In this document: positions 42,034 to 50,974 of the stretch, piece after piece
Numbering within the stretch: the first letter of the stretch is position 1
Layout: each line of letters begins with the position of its first letter
Source: Dehalococcoidia bacterium
GTDB lineage: Bacteria > Chloroflexota > Dehalococcoidia > UBA2979
DNA length: 64,000 nt
Assembly: GCA_965262725.1 (NCBI GenBank)
Contig: OZ253555.1
Coordinates: 1,312,001-1,376,000 of the forward strand
Direction of reading: 5' to 3'
Translations under genes and position numbers: made by a program
Notes under the pieces: model-generated
Seen by the model: only the letters and a program-made list of their open reading frames with translations
What the model was told of the DNA's origin: nothing
The model's database searches: none

Positions 42034-43461
42034 TCACACGAGCGCGGGCAGCTGTCGATGCCAGGCGGTGCGTTGCTGGTAGGCGTCGGCGACGCGCAGC
42101 ACCGTCGCCTCATCGAACGCGCGCCCGGCGATCTGGAGCGAGAGCGGGAGCCCGGCCGCGCCGGTGCCCATTGGGATGGCGATCGCGGGGAAGCCGATCG
42201 CGTTCCAAAAGCCGGCGAAGATCGGCAATCGTCCGAAGCTGAGATGGTCGAGCCCGGCGAGCGGCGGCGCGCCCACGCCCGCCGTCGGCGTGATGACGGC
42301 GTCGACGCGCTGGAGCATCCCGGCCACCTCGCGGCTCGCCCACGCACGCACGCGCTGCGCCTGAACGTAGTCCGCCGACGAGAGCAGGAGCCCGGCCGCC
42401 AGCACCTTCCCGGTGTGCACGCCGTAGTCGTCCCAGCGCTCGCGGAGCCACGGCAGGTGGTACGCCGACGCCTCCGCGCGAAGCGAGAGCGAGCCGGCTT
42501 GGCGCACGATCTCGTAGTGCGGCAGTTCGACGGGCACGATCTCGGCGCCGGCTCCGGCGAGCTCCTCGATCGCCGCCTCGAAGCGTGCGGCAAGCTCCGT
42601 GTCGACATCGGGCCGGTCGACGCAGTTGGCGCGGTCAACACCGATCCGCAGCCGCGCGAGCGAGCCGCTGGGAGCCGGTAGGTAACCGGGGAGCGGCTCC
42701 TCGGCGGATGCAGGGTCGTCCGCATCCGGCCCGGCGAGCGCCTCGAGCAGGTGCCCGCAGCAGCGCGCCGTCCGCGCGATCGGCCCCACGGTGTCGAGTG
42801 AGAATGCGAGGGGCACGACCCCCGACCGCGGGACGCGGCCGTAGGTCGGCTTCAGCCCGCTGACGCCGCAGAGGGCGGCGGGTATCCGGATCGAGCCGCC
42901 GGTGTCGCTGCCGAGCCCGCCCAGCATGAGGGCCGCCGCCACGCCGGCGCCGGTGCCCGAGCTCGACCCGCCCGCCCAGCGGTCGGTGTCCCATGGGTTC
43001 CGCGCGATCGGAAACGGTTTCCCGGGGTCGGGCATTCCGATCGCGAATTCCATGGTCGAGGTCGTGCCGAGGATCACCGCACCCGCCTCGCGGAGCCGGG
43101 CGACGACGGGGGCGTCGCGCCGGCCCTCCCACTCGGCGCCGCGCTCGCGCTCGAAGACGAGGCTCCCGGCGGCGGTCGGCGCGCCGCCCGTGGCGATGAT
43201 GTCCTTCACGCCGAGCGGGATGCCGTGGAGCGGGCCGCGGTCCCTCCCGGCCTCGAGCTCGGCGTCGGCGCGGCCGGCCTCCTCGAGTGCGCTCTCGTCG
43301 AGCCGGCACTGGTACACGCCGAGCCGCCGGTCGAGGGTCTCGGCTCGGGCCAGCAAGGACCGGGTCAGGGCGAGCGCCGTCAGCCGGCCGGAGCGGAACG
43401 CCTCGCCGGCCTCCTCGATATCGAGCGGAAGAGACGGAGCGTCATCGTCGGGCGCGCTCAT
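42034..43461 (-). CDS. Amidase signature family protein (GatA/AtzE-like)
   Basis: GVKD, GGSSSG, GSDTGGSIRIPA and GLKPTYG motifs. Confidence 0.93.
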   Translation of the reverse strand: MSAPDDDAPSLPLDIEEAGEAFRSGRLTALALTRSLLARAETLDRRLGVYQCRLDESALEEAGRADAELEAGRDRGPLHGIPLGVKDIIATGGAPTAAGSLVFERERGAEWEGRRDAPVVARLREAGAVILGTTSTMEFAIGMPDPGKPFPIARNPWDTDRWAGGSSSGTGAGVAAALMLGGLGSDTGGSIRIPAALCGVSGLKPTYGRVPRSGVVPLAFSLDTVGPIARTARCCGHLLEALAGPDADDPASAEEPLPGYLPAPSGSLARLRIGVDRANCVDRPDVDTELAARFEAAIEELAGAGAEIVPVELPHYEIVRQAGSLSLRAEASAYHLPWLRERWDDYGVHTGKVLAAGLLLSSADYVQAQRVRAWASREVAGMLQRVDAVITPTAGVGAPPLAGLDHLSFGRLPIFAGFWNAIGFPAIAIPMGTGAAGLPLSLQIAGRAFDEATVLRVADAYQQRTAWHRQLPALV

Positions 43462-43676
43462 GAGATGGCTCCCCCGCCGCCCGGGCGCGAAGGAAGGGGA
43501 GAGTACCGGAGGGCCGGCTCCTCGGCGCGCGCTTCCGGGATGTCGAGTGCATCGGCGGCGGCCCGGAGCTGCCCATACATCTCGACGAGTGCGTCGACGT
43601 CGGCGTCGGGCAGGCGCAGGCCCGCTGCCGCCAGCATCGTGGTGACTTCCTCCCGCCTCCGCGCGGGCTCGGCCAT
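43458..43676 (-). CDS. Small amidase partner protein (AtzG/GatC-like)
   Basis: 72 aa, helical, with AGL.L....D and EEPA motifs; ATGA overlap with the amidase. Confidence 0.6.
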   Translation of the reverse strand: MAEPARRREEVTTMLAAAGLRLPDADVDALVEMYGQLRAAADALDIPEARAEEPALRYSPLPSRPGGGGAIS

Positions 43677-43730
43677 GGTGCCGCTCCGATCCCCCCTCAG
43701 GGCGCGTCGCCACTCCGCCGCTGGCGGTTG

Positions 43731-44174
43731 CTAGTCATCGCCGGTCGCCGGCGGGGGCGGCGGAAAGGGCTCGCCTTCGGCGAGAGGCACGAAAAGCGTC
43801 AGCCGCCAGCCGTCGCCGACGCCGCGCGTGAGGTGCCCCGGGCTCCCCGGCTCGACGTCCTCGGCCAAGAGCACCGCCCCGGGCCCGAACCGCCGAACCT
43901 CCCCGTCCGAGGCGGTCACCTCCGACGTACCGGCGAGGGAGACCACGAGCTGCCGCTGCGGCGGGTGGTGCCACCCGCGGTCCATGTCGCCCGGCGTCCG
44001 GCGGAAGATGACGCCGTCGGCCTGAAGCAGCCCCGATCGCGCGCGAGCCGCGGCGTCGGCCACCACGGGAACCGGTACCGTCTCGAAGTGGGTCTCGCCG
44101 TCGTTTCCGGTGAAGATGCGCGTCACCTCGAAGGGCGCGGCATCGCCGCCGCCGTGATCCGCGTCGCCTGCCAC
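43731..44174 (-). CDS. Cupin-fold protein
   Basis: G.THF, WHHPPQRQ, DGEVRRFGPG, ED and GH motifs. Confidence 0.8.
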   Translation of the reverse strand: MAGDADHGGGDAAPFEVTRIFTGNDGETHFETVPVPVVADAAARARSGLLQADGVIFRRTPGDMDRGWHHPPQRQLVVSLAGTSEVTASDGEVRRFGPGAVLLAEDVEPGSPGHLTRGVGDGWRLTLFVPLAEGEPFPPPPPATGDD

Positions 44175-44281
44175 GGGCGCCCTCTCGTCTCCGCGGCGGA
44201 GGATACGCGAGCGCGGGAGGCGGTGTCGCCGCACGCCCGCGTGCGGAGGAGGCGGCCCATCGCGCCGGCGCGAAGACCCGT

Positions 44282-45340
44282 CTACGGAATCTGATGCGGG
44301 AGCGCGACTCCGGCCCCCTCGGCCGCCTCCTCGAGCTGCGCCCAGGTCCCGTCGTCGAGCGGGAGGCCCGCAGCGCGCTCGAGGCGCGCCCGGCGCTCCG
44401 GGTCGCCGGGCAGGAGTACCTCGCCGACCCCCTCCCGGAAGGGTGGTCTCCGCACGTGCCGCGCGAGGTTGCCGAGCGCCGCCTCGAACGCCGCCCGTCC
44501 GACAAACCGCTCCGGGTCAATCGCCATCACGAAGAGCGCGTTCCCGCCGCGCTCGGCGTCGGGACGCGTCGTACCGGCAGGGGAGAGCGCGCCGGCCAGA
44601 GCCTCGACAACCAGGGCCAGCCCGAAGCCCTTGTGTCCCGCCTCGCCGCCGAGTGGAAGCAGCGCGCCCGGCGGAGAGGCGTACAGGGCGCCGGCATCGG
44701 TGGTCGGCTGACCCGCCGCATCGAGCAGGTAGCCCTCCGGCAGCGCTCGTCCCGCGTTGCGCGCGACGCGGACCTTCCCCTCCGCGACCACGGAGGTCGC
44801 CATGTCGAGCACGATCGGCGCGTCCGGATCGTCGGTCGGGAGGCCGAACGCCATCGGGTCGGTCGCCAGCCGCGCGGTGGCTCCGCCGAACGGCGCGACG
44901 CGCGCCGAGCCGCCGTGGCTGTTCGCCATCATGACGCCGAGAAGCCCGTGCGCTGCCGCCCGCTCGACGTAGGCGCCGAGCCTTCCCGCGTGCGCCGCGC
45001 GGTGGGCGACCACGATCGAGACGCCGCTCCCGATCGCCCGCTCGCAGGCGATCTCCATCGCGCGGCCGGCGACGATCTGGCCGAAGTTCCAGCCGCCGTC
45101 CAGGATCGCCGTCGCGCCGTCGTCGTGTTCCAGGCGGATCTCGGCGCCCGGGATGGTGCGACCCTCGGCGACGGCGCGCAGGTATGCCGGTGCGCGGACG
45201 ACGCCGTGCGAGTCGTGCCCGCAGAGGTTGGCGTCGACGAGATGTTCAGCGACGGTCCCGGCGTCGTCCGCCGTCGCGCCGGCCGCGACGAAGAGCGAGG
45301 TCGCGAAGCCCTCGAGTGCCGCCGGCTCCACCGTGCGCAC
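44282..45340 (-). CDS. Ldh_2 family (malate/lactate/ureidoglycolate-type) 2-hydroxyacid dehydrogenase
   Basis: GHDSHG, HAGRLG, LDMATS and GHKGFGL motifs. Confidence 0.9.
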   Translation of the reverse strand: MRTVEPAALEGFATSLFVAAGATADDAGTVAEHLVDANLCGHDSHGVVRAPAYLRAVAEGRTIPGAEIRLEHDDGATAILDGGWNFGQIVAGRAMEIACERAIGSGVSIVVAHRAAHAGRLGAYVERAAAHGLLGVMMANSHGGSARVAPFGGATARLATDPMAFGLPTDDPDAPIVLDMATSVVAEGKVRVARNAGRALPEGYLLDAAGQPTTDAGALYASPPGALLPLGGEAGHKGFGLALVVEALAGALSPAGTTRPDAERGGNALFVMAIDPERFVGRAAFEAALGNLARHVRRPPFREGVGEVLLPGDPERRARLERAAGLPLDDGTWAQLEEAAEGAGVALPHQIP

Positions 45341-45344
45341 CGAG

Positions 45345-46145
45345 CTAGCCTCCCGCGCCCGCGTCGTCCGGACCGCGCCCCTCCCCCTCGGGCGCAGCGG
45401 AACGCGCCGCCGCCCGGACGGCGGCGACATCCGCCTCGGCCCGGGCGCGCATGAAGCCGCGGTCGGAGCCGAGCGTGACCATCTGGAAGCCCTGGCTCAG
45501 GTACTCGGAGCAGCGCGGGGCGCTGTTGGTGTGTATGCCGCTCGCGACGCCGTGGCGGCTCGCCGCGGCGCGCACGTGCTCTATCGCCCCGGCGAGCCGG
45601 GGGTCGTCGCTCCCCGGCCGCAGGCCGAGACCGTAGGCGAGATCGGAGGGGCCGATGTAGACCGCGTCGACGCCCGGCGTCGAGAGGATGGCGTCGAGGT
45701 TGGCGAGCGCCTCCGCCGTCTCGACCATGACGATGCAGGCGACCTCGTCGTTGGCGCGGCGCGAGTAGTCGCGGCCCCACGCGAGTTCGGCGCGGTAGGC
45801 GCCGGAGGAGCGGATGCCCGCCGGCGGATAGCGGCACGCGGCGACCGCCCGCTCCGCCTGCTCGCGGTCGTTCACGAGCGGGACGACGACGCCCGCGGCG
45901 CCCGAGTCCAGCCACCGCATGATCGTCGGTGCGTCGTTCCAGGGCACGCGGACCAGCGGCACGGTCGAGGTCGTTCCGATCGCCTGGAGCATCGCCGTCG
46001 CCTGCCCCTGATCGATCGGGCCGTGCTGGAGGTCGAGGCAGAGCCAGTCGAAGCCGGCGTGCGCCATCACCTCCGCCGAGAAGGAGGAACCGATGGAGAG
46101 CCAGCCCCCCACGGTGGCCTCTCCGCGGCGCCAGCGCGCGAGCAC
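45345..46145 (-). CDS. HpcH/HpaI class II aldolase
   Basis: DLQHG, VRVPWN, MVET and YIGPSDL motifs; start uncertain. Confidence 0.9.
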   Translation of the reverse strand: MLARWRRGEATVGGWLSIGSSFSAEVMAHAGFDWLCLDLQHGPIDQGQATAMLQAIGTTSTVPLVRVPWNDAPTIMRWLDSGAAGVVVPLVNDREQAERAVAACRYPPAGIRSSGAYRAELAWGRDYSRRANDEVACIVMVETAEALANLDAILSTPGVDAVYIGPSDLAYGLGLRPGSDDPRLAGAIEHVRAAASRHGVASGIHTNSAPRCSEYLSQGFQMVTLGSDRGFMRARAEADVAAVRAAARSAAPEGEGRGPDDAGAGG

Positions 46146-46209
46146 GGCGTTGCCCCGCGCGGCCGGCGGGATCGCCGCCTCCTCGCCCGACCTCCGGCGC
46201 GGCTGGCCG

Positions 46210-47175
46210 CTACTCCGGGAGGTCGACGTTGGAGAGCGCGAGCCGCGCGGCGCCGTTGCAGAGACCGTCGCGCTCCTCCTCCGTGAAGGTCACGCCGTAC
46301 TTCGCGCCCCACTCCGGGAGGTTCTTCGCGATATCGACCCAGCGTTCGGTGAGCCGCCGCGAGCCGCTCCCGACCATCGGGAGATCGGTCCCCCAGACGA
46401 CGCGCTCGTGCCCCATCGTGTCGAAGAAGACGCGCAGCACCTTCATCAGCTGCGGGAGGTTCTCGTCCTTCACGGCGCCGAGCACCTGCCAGTCGCAGAT
46501 GTCGAGCCAGACGTTGCGCTTCCCGCGTGCCGCCATCAGGCCGCGCCAGTACGCCTGCGTCTCGAAGGGGAACTGCAGGTTGACGTGCCCCATGAAGATG
46601 CGGAGGTCGGGGTAGCGGCGGGCGACGAGCTCCACCCACTCCGGCCACGCCCAGATGTTCCCGCCGGTGTGGATGAGCACGGGGACGTCGAGCTCGATCG
46701 CCTTCTCGTACATGGGGAAGCAGCGCTCGTCGTTGGCCTGGTAGCCGTTCGGGGGGTAGACCTTGAGGCCGACCGCCCCGTGGTTCTTCACCATGTCCTC
46801 GAAGATGGCAACCGCCCGGGGACGGCGCGGATCGACGCCGGCGAACCAGCTCAGGCGCCCGGCATAGCGCTCGGCCACCTCGGCCGTCTTACGGTGGAAC
46901 TCCTCGACGTTGACCTGGTTGTCCTCGTTGGGGCCGTACGCCAGCCCCCAGTCGAGGCAGAGGATGTTCGCGAAGTCGATGCCGTAGTGATCCATCTCCT
47001 GGATAGCGTAGGCCCCGGTCCCGTCCATGACCGGCGACTGCTGGACGCGGGGAGCCATCTCCTCCCAGGTCCGCCCGGTCCGGCGCATCGCCGCTCCGTT
47101 CAGATTCGGCAGGTGGCTCGGCGGGAACCAGCCGAAGTCCCACAGGTGCCGGTGGACGTCGATCAGCGTGACCAT
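46210..47175 (-). CDS. Amidohydrolase family 2 protein
   Basis: IDVHRH, GLKVYP, LIHTG, MGH and WGTDLP motifs. Confidence 0.88.
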   Translation of the reverse strand: MVTLIDVHRHLWDFGWFPPSHLPNLNGAAMRRTGRTWEEMAPRVQQSPVMDGTGAYAIQEMDHYGIDFANILCLDWGLAYGPNEDNQVNVEEFHRKTAEVAERYAGRLSWFAGVDPRRPRAVAIFEDMVKNHGAVGLKVYPPNGYQANDERCFPMYEKAIELDVPVLIHTGGNIWAWPEWVELVARRYPDLRIFMGHVNLQFPFETQAYWRGLMAARGKRNVWLDICDWQVLGAVKDENLPQLMKVLRVFFDTMGHERVVWGTDLPMVGSGSRRLTERWVDIAKNLPEWGAKYGVTFTEEERDGLCNGAARLALSNVDLPE

Positions 47176-47336
47176 TGCGCGCTCCTCCCGTGGGCCGTGC
47201 GCCTCTGTCCGCCGCGACGACATCGTCGCGGGGAGCCGCAGCCACGCGCTGCTTATCCCTCGCGCGGGGCCCGGCGGTCAAGCGGGACGGCCGGTCGCGG
47301 CCGGTCGCGGCGCCGTCGCCGCACCGCTCCCGCCGG

Positions 47337-48164
47337 TCAGGCTCCGCGGGTACGAGCGAGGGAGGCGACGCTCGAGGCGCCGAAGCGACCCACGGTGTCG
47401 GCGAGGGCGCAGGAGGCGAAGGCGACGCCCGCCTCGCTCGAGCGGGCCACGGCCTCGGCGAGCATCCACGCCCCGCGCGGGAGTCGGTGGAGCGTGAGCG
47501 AGATGTCGGCGTTGACGAACTCGAGCCCCGCCTCCCCCTCGTTTCCCTGCGGGTTCGCGAAGTCCGCTGCCGCCGCCGCCCTCACGAAGCGGCTCGCGGG
47601 CAGGCCGGCCGCGAGCGGGCTCCTCAGCCGGATCCACACCGTGGCCGGGAGCCTGCCACCGCGCGGACGGACAGTGCGGCGCTCCCACGGATCGGGATGC
47701 GCCCGCCCCGGGAGCGGCGGATCCCTCTCGAAAGAGGCGGGGCCGGGCAGGCTGCTCTCCTGCGGCTGCGCGACATCGCCCGGGGGCTCCGCCGACGGCC
47801 TGAGCCAGAGTGAGCGGGCGCGGGCGACGAGGCGTCCGCCTGCGGACATCGCCGCGTCCACCGCCGCGAGCCGCCGCCCGGTCCGCGGTAGCGACGTGAC
47901 GAGCGTGAGCGGTGCCCTCGGCACCGGTCGGATCAGGTCGACGGTGAGCCGTGCCGGGAGCAGTGGCGCCGCGCCGTCGGGGACGGGGAGTCTCGCCGCC
48001 TCCACTTCGACGGTGTGCGCGAGCAGCCCCGCGAGCATCGCGCCGCCGACGAGTCCGTCACCCCACGGGCTGGTCGAGGTCTCGGTCGGGAGGTAGCGCG
48101 GGCCGTCCCGCTCGAAGAGGGGCGGGGGCTCTCCGCGCGCGAGCGTCGCCTCGGTTCCCGACAT
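47337..48164 (-). CDS. Double-hotdog (TesB-like) acyl-CoA thioesterase
   Basis: SPWG..GG, RLTVDL.RP, AADF and FVNADISL.LHR motifs. Confidence 0.82.
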   Translation of the reverse strand: MSGTEATLARGEPPPLFERDGPRYLPTETSTSPWGDGLVGGAMLAGLLAHTVEVEAARLPVPDGAAPLLPARLTVDLIRPVPRAPLTLVTSLPRTGRRLAAVDAAMSAGGRLVARARSLWLRPSAEPPGDVAQPQESSLPGPASFERDPPLPGRAHPDPWERRTVRPRGGRLPATVWIRLRSPLAAGLPASRFVRAAAAADFANPQGNEGEAGLEFVNADISLTLHRLPRGAWMLAEAVARSSEAGVAFASCALADTVGRFGASSVASLARTRGA

Positions 48165-48274
48165 CGCCCGACCTGTACCGCGAGCACCCCGCCGAACGCA
48201 ACACGGCGGCCGGTCGGATTCCCGAAGGACCGATCGGCCGCCGTGGCCTCCGCCGGAGGCGGAGCGTGCTCGCG

Positions 48275-49957
48275 CTAGACCGGCACGACGCTGTCGAAGG
48301 CGATCGTCGGGTTGCGGCGAGGCGCGTAGACGATCTTGTCCTCGTACCACCCCATCAGCCGCACGTTCTCGAGCACCCACGCCGCGGGCGGGTCGATGTT
48401 CATCGCCACGGTCGCGTCGTGGTAGGCGCTTCTCCTCGCCTCGTCGTCGAACGCCAGGAGCGCAGCGTTGTAGGCAGCCTCGAAGTCCGCGTTGTCGTAG
48501 AACTTGCCGCGGTTCTCCTTGGTGTACCACTGCATCGCGAAGGACGCCTCGTAGGCGAAGGCCGACCACGGGCTCCAGTGGAACGTCGCCCGCTCCTTGT
48601 TGCCGTAGAGGCCGTCGCGCCAGACGTTGGTCTCGACCGGGACGTTATCGGTATTGATCCCGATGGAGTTCATGTCGCCGATGAACGCCTCGGAGAAGGC
48701 CTTCTGCTCGGAGTCGTTCTGGCGGAACTCGACCTTGCCGTCGAAGCCGTTCGGGAACCCGGCATCAGTCAGGAGCTGGCGCGCCTTGTCCGGGTCGTAG
48801 CCATACGGGTCGAGGCTCGGGTTGTGGCCGAAGGTCGCCACCGAGAGCAGCTGCCCGCGCATCGGCCGCGAGAAGCCGAGGAAGATGACGTCGACCTGGG
48901 CCTCCACGTCGATCGCGTGGTTGACGGCGAGTCGCACGCGCGGGTCGGCCGTGGGGCCGTCGAAGTAGCGGATGTCCCACCCCTGCTGGCTGTCGGACTG
49001 CGGGTTGCCGACCTGCGCGCCGAAGCCGCGAACGCGTTCGGTGTCCTGGATGCTCGGGGAGTCCGCCCAGTCGACGTCATTGGTCTCGAGCGCTGCGGTC
49101 CGCGTCGTCCGCTCGCCGATCGCGAAGTCAGTCACCGAGGTGATCCCGCGGTTGCCGAACCACGAGGACGGGCTCGCGACCATCTCGATCTTCGAGTCGC
49201 GGACCCACTCCGCAATGGTGTACGCCCCGGTACCGACGGGCGTCTCCGCCTGGAAGTCCCGCCCCTTGCTCGGGTCCTCGAAGATGTGGCGCGGCTTGAT
49301 GAGGACGAACGTGGAGCGCCGCGGCAGGATCGGGTCGCCCGTGCCGGCCGTTGCGATCGCAATCGTCTGGTCGTCGACGACCTGCGCGGCTTCGTAGGTG
49401 CCGACGCGCGAGATCAGACGCGACTCGTTCGCCGGGTCCTTGTAGTAGTCGTGGCTGAACTTGACGTCGTTCGCGGTGAACTTCGTCCCGTCAGACCACT
49501 CCGCCTCCTGGAGGTTGAAGACCCACGCGCCGGAGGGGGCGTGGTACTCCCACGACTTGGCGAGGTGCGGGATCACGTCCGCTTCGGGCGTGAGGCGCGT
49601 CATCGTGTCGAAGGTCGCCCAGAAGTTGAAGGAGGTCGCGGCCGTGGAGTCCGGGTCCAGGTTCGGCGGGTGGCCGCCGCTGGCGATGTTCAGGTGCGCC
49701 GTCTTGGCCGGAGCCGGAGTGGCTGCCGGGGCGGCGGCGGCCGTGGCGGCTGGGGCGGCCGTGGCAGCCGAGGCGGCGGCGGTGGCGGCCGGGGCGGCGG
49801 TGGCCGCCGGGGCGGCGGTGGTCGGTGCGTCGTCGTCGTCGTCGTCGCAGCCGATCACGGCGGCTGTGGCGAGCCCCACGCCCCCGAGCACGCCGCCCCG
49901 GATCAGGGTCCGCCGGCCGATCCTCTGCCCGAGCATTGTCCGCACAGCGTGATCCAT
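48275..49957 (-). CDS. ABC substrate-binding protein family 5, Tat-exported lipoprotein
   Basis: RRTLI twin-arginine signal, VIG-C lipobox plus poly-Asp, PHLAKSW, WSDG and PVGTGAY motifs. Confidence 0.9.
   Translation of the reverse strand: MDHAVRTMLGQRIGRRTLIRGGVLGGVGLATAAVIGCDDDDDDAPTTAAPAATAAPAATAAASAATAAPAATAAAAPAATPAPAKTAHLNIASGGHPPNLDPDSTAATSFNFWATFDTMTRLTPEADVIPHLAKSWEYHAPSGAWVFNLQEAEWSDGTKFTANDVKFSHDYYKDPANESRLISRVGTYEAAQVVDDQTIAIATAGTGDPILPRRSTFVLIKPRHIFEDPSKGRDFQAETPVGTGAYTIAEWVRDSKIEMVASPSSWFGNRGITSVTDFAIGERTTRTAALETNDVDWADSPSIQDTERVRGFGAQVGNPQSDSQQGWDIRYFDGPTADPRVRLAVNHAIDVEAQVDVIFLGFSRPMRGQLLSVATFGHNPSLDPYGYDPDKARQLLTDAGFPNGFDGKVEFRQNDSEQKAFSEAFIGDMNSIGINTDNVPVETNVWRDGLYGNKERATFHWSPWSAFAYEASFAMQWYTKENRGKFYDNADFEAAYNAALLAFDDEARRSAYHDATVAMNIDPPAAWVLENVRLMGWYEDKIVYAPRRNPTIAFDSVVPV
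49710..49822 (-). repeat. ~18-bp tandem repeats encoding the TAAPAA linker of the SBP
   Basis: TAAPAATAAPAATAAASAATAAPAATAAAAPAATP in the translation. Confidence 0.8.
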
Positions 49958-50074
49958 GGTGGAATTCCTCTCTACCGCGGAGCATCCCCTAACGGTGCTT
50001 CGCGGTCGGCGGACGATACCACTCCCGTTGTGCCCCTGCACCCCGGACGCCGCCGGGCCACGCGGACGTCTCCC

Positions 50075-50114
50075 GACTTCCTGACTTCCTGACTCCCTGA
50101 CTCCCCGACCCTCC
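50075..50114. repeat. Degenerate 8-bp tandem repeat x5
   Basis: GACTTCCT GACTTCCT GACTCCCT GACTCCCC GACCCTCC in the divergent intergenic region. Confidence 0.85.
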
Positions 50115-50170
50115 GGCGCTCCACCCGTCCATGTAGACTCGCCCCGGTGAGCGGCGCGGGGAGGTGCCCG

Positions 50171-50965
50171 ATGGCGGGACGGTTGGCGGGGCGGCGGGCG
50201 GTCGTGACCGGGGGCGCCTCGGGCATTGGCCTCGCCATCGCCCGGCGTTTCGCCGCCGCGGGAGCGGCGGTGGCCCTCCTCGACATCGACGGGAGCGCCG
50301 CGGACGCGGCCTGCCGCGCTCTCTCGGACGACGGCTGCGACGCACTCTGCCACGTCGGCGACGCGGCGGACGCCCGGGTCGTCGACGCGCTGGCGGAGCG
50401 GCTCGCGGAGGCGGGCGGGGTCAATGTACTCGTCAACGCCGCCGCGCCCTCGACCTCGCTCGACGAGGGCAGCGACTGGGAGACGTGGCGGACCGGCATC
50501 GAGAAGGCGCTCTCCTCGGCCTACCTCGTCAGCAGGCGGCTCCGCCCGCTGCTCATCGCCGACGCGGCCGGGGGGCGTGGCGCCGCGATCGTCAACATCT
50601 CCTCCGGCGCCGCCTTCGGCGCCTCGCGTTTCCCGTGGTACGGGGCGGCGAAGGCGGGACTGCTCTCCCTCACGCGCTCGCTGGCGTGGGAGCTCGGCCC
50701 GGCGGGCGTGCGGGCGAACGCCATCGTGCCGGGCACCATCTGGACGCCCCGCTCGGTGGGGCTCCGGGAGAGCCCCGAGCGGCTCGCGGCGCTCGAGGAC
50801 AGCATCCCGCTCGGGCGCGTCGGCGAAGCGAGTGAGGTGGCCGAGGCCGCTCTCTTCTTCGCCGATCCTCTGAGCTCCGGCTTCGTCTCGGGCGCCGAGC
50901 TGCTCGTCGACGGCGGGCGAAACGTCGCCGGCACGATCCCCGCCGGTGCCGCGCGCGTGCCGTAG
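50171..50965 (+). CDS. Short-chain dehydrogenase/reductase
   Basis: TGGASGIG, NISS, YGAAK and VDGG motifs. Confidence 0.92.
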   Translation: MAGRLAGRRAVVTGGASGIGLAIARRFAAAGAAVALLDIDGSAADAACRALSDDGCDALCHVGDAADARVVDALAERLAEAGGVNVLVNAAAPSTSLDEGSDWETWRTGIEKALSSAYLVSRRLRPLLIADAAGGRGAAIVNISSGAAFGASRFPWYGAAKAGLLSLTRSLAWELGPAGVRANAIVPGTIWTPRSVGLRESPERLAALEDSIPLGRVGEASEVAEAALFFADPLSSGFVSGAELLVDGGRNVAGTIPAGAARVP

Positions 50966-50974
50966 CGGGTCCGG

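Noticed and set aside
42034-43676. Amidase plus small ORF as true gatA/gatC
   Set aside because: They are distant from gatB, sit in a catabolic cluster and lack the GatA-specific SNL.R[FY]DG region.
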